Below the pieces are notes generated by a model. It searched no databases. It was not told the origin of the DNA and was given only the letters and a program-made list of their open reading frames with translations. Both the position numbers and the translations under genes were made by a program. This document shows, in pieces, positions 58,463 to 64,000 of a stretch of DNA of 64,000 nucleotides. Within the stretch, counting starts at the first letter, position 1; every line of letters starts with the position of its first letter. The DNA comes from Verrucomicrobiota bacterium (lineage in GTDB: Bacteria > Verrucomicrobiota > Verrucomicrobiia > Limisphaerales > Palsa-1400), in the NCBI GenBank assembly GCA_049510745.1, contig JBEKYR010000009.1:83487-147486 (forward strand). Direction: 5' to 3'.

Positions 58463-61400
58463 ATGGAGCCGACCCCACAACCTCAGCCGAGTCCGGGCCA
58501 GAACGGCGATGGCCAAGGTCAGAATTCAAAGGCCGGCGGCATAGTCTATAAGGGGAGGTTCCTGCAGATTTACCATTCGATTGAACCGGAAGGCGCGGAC
58601 AGTTATGCCCTATGGGGCCAGTTGCCGGTTTTCAACGGAGTGCCGCCCAAGGATCTTGAAGCGCTGCTGGTGCCGGGCAAGACGCCGGATGTTTGGGGAC
58701 AGGTCTTTAAAACTCTGGAGGAGGCGAAGTACAAGCTCGAAAGAATTGAGGCCAATTACCCCAGCCCTGCCCTGGGACGGACGACTCTAACAATCATGAC
58801 CGAAGCGGAGCAGCGCGGCGCCGAAGACTTGGTGCTTAACCTGAGAAAGCTGGCGCCTGATCATCCCGACTATATCGGCGAAGCGAAGGACCTTTTCCTG
58901 AAGATTCATGCAAACCAATTGGATCCCATGTGGTGCCAGGAATTCATTGGTATCATGATCAAGGACCTAGGGCCAACCGTACGCGAAGGTCGCCCCACCA
59001 AGTGGCGGTGGGCAATCAACGTCGTTTGCGGCGAATACGGTATACCCACCGGCGACTTTGACCGCAACGGGGAGCCTGTCAAAGATATGCCTTTGGGGGC
59101 CATAACCACGCCAAATCTGCTGGTCCTTAAGGAAAAGTTGCCTCGGAATGCGGCGCGTGCATTATTCCCGATTCTGCGGTTCGAGTTGGACTACGCTGTC
59201 AATAAAAAGTATCTTCGCGAGAACCCAGCCAAGGACATCGCGATACCGGAGCTGCGCGCGGAAAAGGACGCGATGGCGGACAAGGAGGTTGTGGTGGACT
59301 TTCCCGCCCAGGTCCAGATCGCCTTTAACTTGGCGGCCCAGCACCGCAACGGTTATTTCCTGCCGCACGTCACTTTCATGTATCAGCCCCACGTGCGGCC
59401 CGACGGCGAACTTCACCGTTTAAACCCGAGCCGGATTTACCTTGACGAACGCTTGGCGAAAATTCACTCCAGCAAGACCGATCATCGGCGGCTGATTCAT
59501 TTGAGCGTGCCCACGTGCCTGATTCTGCAAAAACGTTGGGATGGAAAATCGCTCAAATTCGATGGTTTCAGAACGTTCTTGGCCATGATGCGGGCGGCGC
59601 AGGGATATGAGGTCGGCGAAGTACCAAAATGGTTTGCGCAGCAATTGCCTCCAACGTGGTCGTTTGCGTTGTGGCAAATAATCGATCTGCGCGCCTTTGC
59701 CAGAAAGTTGCAAACCGGAGCAAATCCTGTTTATGCCTGGCTGCGAGACCAAATGGGCGAGGAAATCAAACAACCTTTAGAACGGAATGGTCAAGACCAA
59801 GTGAATGCGCGCGAGTTGCAAACCATGCTCATTGGGAAGCTTAATAAGATCGTCGAGGGACCTTCGCTGATCGATCTGCCGGTTTTCGAGGACACCGAAC
59901 TGACGGCAGAAATCATTGACCTGCAGAAAAAGAATCCCACAGGGGATGAACTGCGGCGGCTCAACCGGATGGTGTTGCCCGAAGCCTGCTGCGAATTGGC
60001 GAGGATACCACGCATGGTTCAGGATATTCCGCGGCATACGGGTCGTTCCGCTTACGCCAAGTTCGAGGAATGGGTTGATGATACTTACGACAGGGAAAAA
60101 ACCCGGCGCGTGTTCAAGGTCTCCTACGACGCCGTGCTTACCCCTAGGCAAACGGCCGCGCTTTATCCAATTCTTCCGGAAGGATTTCCCGTGACCGACG
60201 AAGAGCGGCAAGCCATGTTGGAAGAATTAGCGCGCTTTAATCTATTAAAAGATGCAACCCTCCCGGAGCCTCCTATTGTGCCCACGTATGTCGCCAATAA
60301 ACCGTCAAAAGAGCATCAGATTCCAAAGATTGCCGACGAACTGCTTGAGCGAATGATGTTCAAACAGGGAATGAAAGCCACAGCCAAAGAGCTCGTAATT
60401 TCCGAATTCTGGTTGCGCGCCATCTGCAAAGCGAAGGCTCTTCGCACGCCCCCAGGCGGACGATTCTCCGGGCTCAATCCCGATGACTTCCCGAAACGGC
60501 CGCCCCTGGTAACCCTTTCCAATGCAGATCTTGAAAAATCGATCAAAGACCACCATGGCGTTGCCATGACCGCTCGCGCGCTTGAAATCAATGCCGAAGC
60601 GCTGTTGGCATATTGCATCCTGAACAACATTCGCCTGCCGAGCCGCCGTGAGATTGCGGCATGGACGAATACGTTGCCCAGGGTAACGGAATCGCCCCGG
60701 CAAATCAGGGCGTTGTTGGCCCGGGAACCCGTCGCGGAAGTTGCTAAAAAAGCCGGCCGCAACGTAACGGAGGAACATTTGCGAAAATATTGCCGCCGCC
60801 ACGGCATCGAAATCCCGGAACAACCCTCGGCCGGGCCGGGCGTCGCGGATATCGACGCTGTCAAAACAGCATTTGTCCGGACATTGGCTAGCCGCAACGT
60901 CAGGGATCTCGAGACAGTTGAAATAATCGAACTGTTGCTCAGGCACGCTCCGCACGGCTTAACGGATATGGAGATTATCGAAATCCTGGGGACGCACCAG
61001 GTTCAGATGACACGGCCGATGGTTCAGCACGCCGTCGTTGTGACGAGCCGGGGGCGCCTTCAGCGCTATAACGGCCGGGTGCATCTTCTGGTTCAAGAGG
61101 CAATCCTCGATTTGGACAAGCTAAAGCAAAGCGTCCAGCAGGAACTGCAAAGCCAGAAGCAATGGAATAAGCTGCAGGCCATTCTCTTTGTGCTCAAAGA
61201 GGCGAAGACCGGAATTTCACTTGCGCAGCTGGTGGTCGTGCTTTCCTGGTTTGGGATCGAAATGGCAGTCGAACCGCTTAAAAACGCGCTCCGCCAGTAC
61301 CAGAAACGCGCACTGGTAGAGTTCTACAAGGGGATGGTCACCTTGCCAGAGAACATTCGACCTTGCGCGATCCGGCCGGACGAGACCGAAGCAACTCCAA

Positions 61401-61972
61401 ACCTTGGTGAAATCACCGCCAAGGTCCAGATGGATTACGCGGCGCTGGCAAACAAGCAGTTCACCAACGTCGAAATGATGGACTTTGTTCTGAGCCGGGC
61501 CCCGCAAGGCCTCTGGGTCGACGAATTCCTTGCCATTACTAAATCGTTCGGTGTCGATTTTAAGCGGCATTGCATCCACTCCGTAGTAACCCACGAGGCT
61601 CCAGAAAGATTCAAACGCCAATCCGGCCGTTTGGTACGCGAAAAGGCCGCCCCCACACTCCTCCCCAGGGTAGCGATCCAGACTCTTCAGGCTGTGGTTG
61701 ATCAAGTCCAAGTCTCCCCGGTCGATGAGAATGGCGAGGTGGCCTTGCAGATTCTGATTGACTTTCCCCAGGGGCTTCATCTTAGGGAACTCCATGTGGC
61801 CATAGGATTGGCCGGCCGGCACCCCAATTACGATTCATTTCGCAGAAACTTGCATGTCTACGCCAAACGCAATCGCTGCCTCATAACGGACGCCCGGGTC
61901 ACTTTTGTTGTGTCCAGTCAAACCCAAAACCCGTTGCCGACACAACCATCGCAAGAGGCCATAGCCGCATGA
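58463..61972 (+). CDS. Giant tyrosine recombinase-like protein with inserted domain and tandem HTH/wHTH repeats
   Basis: YLRENPA core-binding motif, VRPDGELHRL (R312), SKT (K338), DIPRHT (R524) and VFKVSY (Y555); about 600-aa repetitive C-terminus. Confidence 0.75.
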   Translation: MEPTPQPQPSPGQNGDGQGQNSKAGGIVYKGRFLQIYHSIEPEGADSYALWGQLPVFNGVPPKDLEALLVPGKTPDVWGQVFKTLEEAKYKLERIEANYPSPALGRTTLTIMTEAEQRGAEDLVLNLRKLAPDHPDYIGEAKDLFLKIHANQLDPMWCQEFIGIMIKDLGPTVREGRPTKWRWAINVVCGEYGIPTGDFDRNGEPVKDMPLGAITTPNLLVLKEKLPRNAARALFPILRFELDYAVNKKYLRENPAKDIAIPELRAEKDAMADKEVVVDFPAQVQIAFNLAAQHRNGYFLPHVTFMYQPHVRPDGELHRLNPSRIYLDERLAKIHSSKTDHRRLIHLSVPTCLILQKRWDGKSLKFDGFRTFLAMMRAAQGYEVGEVPKWFAQQLPPTWSFALWQIIDLRAFARKLQTGANPVYAWLRDQMGEEIKQPLERNGQDQVNARELQTMLIGKLNKIVEGPSLIDLPVFEDTELTAEIIDLQKKNPTGDELRRLNRMVLPEACCELARIPRMVQDIPRHTGRSAYAKFEEWVDDTYDREKTRRVFKVSYDAVLTPRQTAALYPILPEGFPVTDEERQAMLEELARFNLLKDATLPEPPIVPTYVANKPSKEHQIPKIADELLERMMFKQGMKATAKELVISEFWLRAICKAKALRTPPGGRFSGLNPDDFPKRPPLVTLSNADLEKSIKDHHGVAMTARALEINAEALLAYCILNNIRLPSRREIAAWTNTLPRVTESPRQIRALLAREPVAEVAKKAGRNVTEEHLRKYCRRHGIEIPEQPSAGPGVADIDAVKTAFVRTLASRNVRDLETVEIIELLLRHAPHGLTDMEIIEILGTHQVQMTRPMVQHAVVVTSRGRLQRYNGRVHLLVQEAILDLDKLKQSVQQELQSQKQWNKLQAILFVLKEAKTGISLAQLVVVLSWFGIEMAVEPLKNALRQYQKRALVEFYKGMVTLPENIRPCAIRPDETEATPNLGEITAKVQMDYAALANKQFTNVEMMDFVLSRAPQGLWVDEFLAITKSFGVDFKRHCIHSVVTHEAPERFKRQSGRLVREKAAPTLLPRVAIQTLQAVVDQVQVSPVDENGEVALQILIDFPQGLHLRELHVAIGLAGRHPNYDSFRRNLHVYAKRNRCLITDARVTFVVSSQTQNPLPTQPSQEAIAA

Positions 61973-62053
61973 AAGCCGCATGAGGTTGGGCATCTCCGGC
62001 CTCTTCGAGCCTTGAGAACACCAAGCTCTGGATTCCCGGTTGCTGGATCAAAC

Positions 62054-62170
62054 GATGCCGCCTCTGTCCGTTAGTTCACCATTTTCGCCTTCGAACCAAG
62101 GGACATGGACGGTTAAAGGCAGGCCGTGCATGTTCTCTGAGATGGTGAAATAACGGATAGATGCGGCGTT
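62054..62170 (+). ncRNA. Candidate structured RNA or ssDNA hairpin
   Basis: 29-bp outer and 18-bp inner stems; 7 of 11 non-Watson-Crick positions are G.U on the + strand. Confidence 0.45.
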
Positions 62171-62579
62171 TTCGCCGTTGGTGCCATCCTGGCGGGTTGG
62201 CCCCCCTCCAATTAGCCGGCGCCGCGCTGGCGTTGTACTCCTACCTAACCATCGAAGATGTTGGCCATTGCGGCGGGATGTATTAACCTAAGAACGGCAG
62301 TTGAAGTGTAAACCTCTTGGGTTTCCGGATTCATTGATGCCCGGCGCGGCGACGTTTTTCGTGGATTTGGACCGTGGCTAACCTGGCACCCACGCCTGTT
62401 GCCCAAACCAGGCCCGGCAAGCGGCCTCCCGCTTCCGGAAAGGCGTCAAAATCCGCTCCCGAATCCGCTCCCTGCACTGCTGGCTGCTCAACTGCTCCGC
62501 AGCATTCCTGAGTCCGGAAAACCTCGATCCGCCGGCGGCGGCGATCCGACCAGCAGCGGCCGGGCCATCCCGCGCATCG

Positions 62580-62815
62580 AACCGGATCACGCCGACCCGA
62601 TTTACCTTGCCAAACACGGCGCCTTCATCGCCGCGCTGGGAAAGCGTTATGACGGCACTCCGGGCGTGGAATTCCTCGACATCGGTTCCTACGGCATCTG
62701 GGGCGCGTGGCATTCGACCCATCCGGCGCCCGTCGCCGTGCGCAAGCAGACCGTGGACATGTACTTGCAGGCCTTCCCGAAGACTCCCCTCCGGCGGCGG
62801 CGGCGGGCGGTTTAA
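62580..62815 (+). pseudogene. Internal fragment of a DUF4832/GH-A clan glycoside hydrolase
   Basis: DPIYLAKHGAFIAALGKRYDG...DIGSYGIWGAWH...YLQAFPKTPL; both ends missing, expected WGEWH reads WGAWH. Confidence 0.6.
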
Positions 62816-62995
62816 CACCCCCTGCCAGCGTTCGTTGAAGGCCATGGACCCGAATCCGGCTACGCAGCCCTGCCGTTTGGATCCGGTGGAGGTTTCGGAA
62901 TGGATTTACGCTCACCCCTCCTTTTGGATGCGGGATGTTCATGAGTGCCATCCGAAGGAAGACCCCCCGACAGGAGCACCGGGCATTTTGAGGGT

Positions 62996-63037
62996 GTGCA
63001 ATTCTGCGCTTGCACAATTCCTCAAATTAGTTGAGGA
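62996..63037 (+). promoter_or_regulatory. Two inverted repeats upstream of the AbiEi-like gene (putative autoregulatory operator)
   Basis: GTGCAA-N8-TTGCAC and TCCTCAA-N5-TTGAGGA. Confidence 0.45.
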
Positions 63038-63044
63038 TATGTGC

Positions 63045-63641
63045 ATGAATAAAAACGATTCTTTTGCGGCTCTGATGACGGTGGCGCAAGACCAGCAAGG
63101 TTACTTTACCACCAAGCAGGCGATTGAGGCCGGTTACGCGGACAACACGCACCCGTATCACGTCCATGCGGGGAATTGGGAGCGAGTGTACCGGGGTATT
63201 TATCGGATAGCGCATTTTCCGCCGCCAGAGGACGGGGAGATGATGGCCTGGCTGCTTTGGTCACGGGGGCGCGACGAAAAGCCGGTGGCCGCGATGTCGC
63301 ACCAAACCGCCCTCAGCCTGTTCGAGTTGGGAGATTTCAACACGGCCAAAGTCCACATGAGCGTGCCAAAAACATTCCGGCGAAACAGCCCGACTCCCAA
63401 AGCGGTCGTGCTCCACCGCACAACACTGGCACCCGCTGAGGTCACGCAACTGCGCGGCCTGACGGTATGCCGCCCGCTACGGGCGCTGTGCGACCTGGCC
63501 AACGCAAACCCGGATGCCGCCGCCGATCTCCGCCCCATCGCGGTCGAGGCGCGGCGGCGCGGTCTTATCACCGAGCGCGAACTTTCAGGCATGAAAGAGC
63601 GGAAGGATGCGCGGAAAATCGTCGCCACCCTGTTGCCATGA
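63045..63641 (+). CDS. Type IV TA AbiEi family antitoxin
   Basis: AQDQQGYFTTKQA, WERVYRGIYR, SHQTAL..F.L and GLTVCRPLRALCDL motifs; start trimmed. Confidence 0.85.
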   Translation: MNKNDSFAALMTVAQDQQGYFTTKQAIEAGYADNTHPYHVHAGNWERVYRGIYRIAHFPPPEDGEMMAWLLWSRGRDEKPVAAMSHQTALSLFELGDFNTAKVHMSVPKTFRRNSPTPKAVVLHRTTLAPAEVTQLRGLTVCRPLRALCDLANANPDAAADLRPIAVEARRRGLITERELSGMKERKDARKIVATLLP

Positions 63642-63829
63642 GTCGTTACCAAACGCCCCAAAGCACTGCCCGATTCGCCTACGAATATGGTTACAATCAG
63701 GTGTTTGCGGAAGATGCCATGGCGGCCTTGTCGGCGGAAGAGCACATGCTCACCGTTGCCAAGATATTTCCTCGGATTGGCTTGGTGAGAAAAACCGGGG
63801 AAATATTGGCCGATCTGTCGCACGATTGA
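63638..63829 (+). pseudogene. Chimeric remnant: probable AbiEii toxin start fused to an isochorismatase-family C-terminus
   Basis: ATGA overlap with AbiEi; MSRYQTPQ then STARFAYEYGYNQVFAEDAM...IFPRIG. Confidence 0.65.
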
Positions 63830-63967
63830 TTCATTATGGGTTTTCGCTTCAGCCGGCGCGTGAGCATTCTGCCGGGGCTTAACCTAAGTTCCTTTTGATT
63901 TTGCGTAAGTGCTTGCAAATCAAAGCAACGGCCAGAAAATGTAGCAAGTAATAATTGATTAAATCTC

Positions 63968-63996
63968 TTGACATACCTATGGTCCCGCTTTATTCT
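63968..63996 (+). promoter_or_regulatory. Sigma70-type promoter for a gene beyond the window
   Basis: TTGACA-N17-TATTCT. Confidence 0.45.
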
Positions 63997-64000
63997 GTAG

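Larger units (their letters stand above)
48765..62200. mobile_element. tRNA-Gly-integrated genomic island (right boundary uncertain, may extend beyond the window)
   Basis: Integrase starts 65 nt after the tRNA; shift to lower GC and atypical codons; excisionase, second recombinase and VirD4-like ATPase present. Confidence 0.75.

Noticed and set aside
59660..60005. Intein in the giant recombinase
   Set aside because: No Cys/Ser start with His-Asn end and no LAGLIDADG motifs
62054..62170. Canonical integron attC site
   Set aside because: Core sites are not in RYYYAAC...GTTRRRY order, there is no cassette array and no IntI; kept only as a generic structured element
62607..63044. N-terminal extension of the AbiEi ORF
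   Set aside because: Runs through a glycoside hydrolase fragment in another frame and the operator region; the family begins near 63045

Overview
High-GC bacterial chromosome segment, most likely Verrucomicrobiota (Pedosphaera/Limisphaera-like); this is inferred from gene content and protein style only. Positions 1-48.7 kb are mostly core genes: leuC-like dehydratase, DEAD helicase, GH13, trmB, S8 protease, mutS, rsmE, dnaJ, grpE, rpoN, argG, PIN-TRAM, mlaDFE, clpC-mcsB-mcsA, ilvE and a DUF748-like protein. This part also holds two type II TA pairs, a decayed islet at 9.3-12.6 kb (truncated TIR-NTPase, IS3 remnant), an orphan repressor/excisionase-like switch, and intergenic mosaics of short-period repeats and empty hairpin elements. 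From tRNA-Gly(CCC) at 48691 to the end of the window lies an integrase-headed genomic island, the best candidate for an undescribed system. It carries a tyrosine integrase, a perfect 40-bp-arm palindrome, a sigma-like gene, an HTH-metallophosphoesterase coupled to a soluble VirD4/TraD-like ATPase, a 30-aa micro-protein, HTH regulators and an excisionase. It also encodes a 1169-aa tyrosine recombinase with an inserted domain and seven tandem HTH/wHTH-like repeats, followed by a 117-nt G.U-rich hairpin. No attR copy of the tRNA end was seen, so the island boundary is unresolved. All calls come from reading motifs by eye; no database search or folding program was run.
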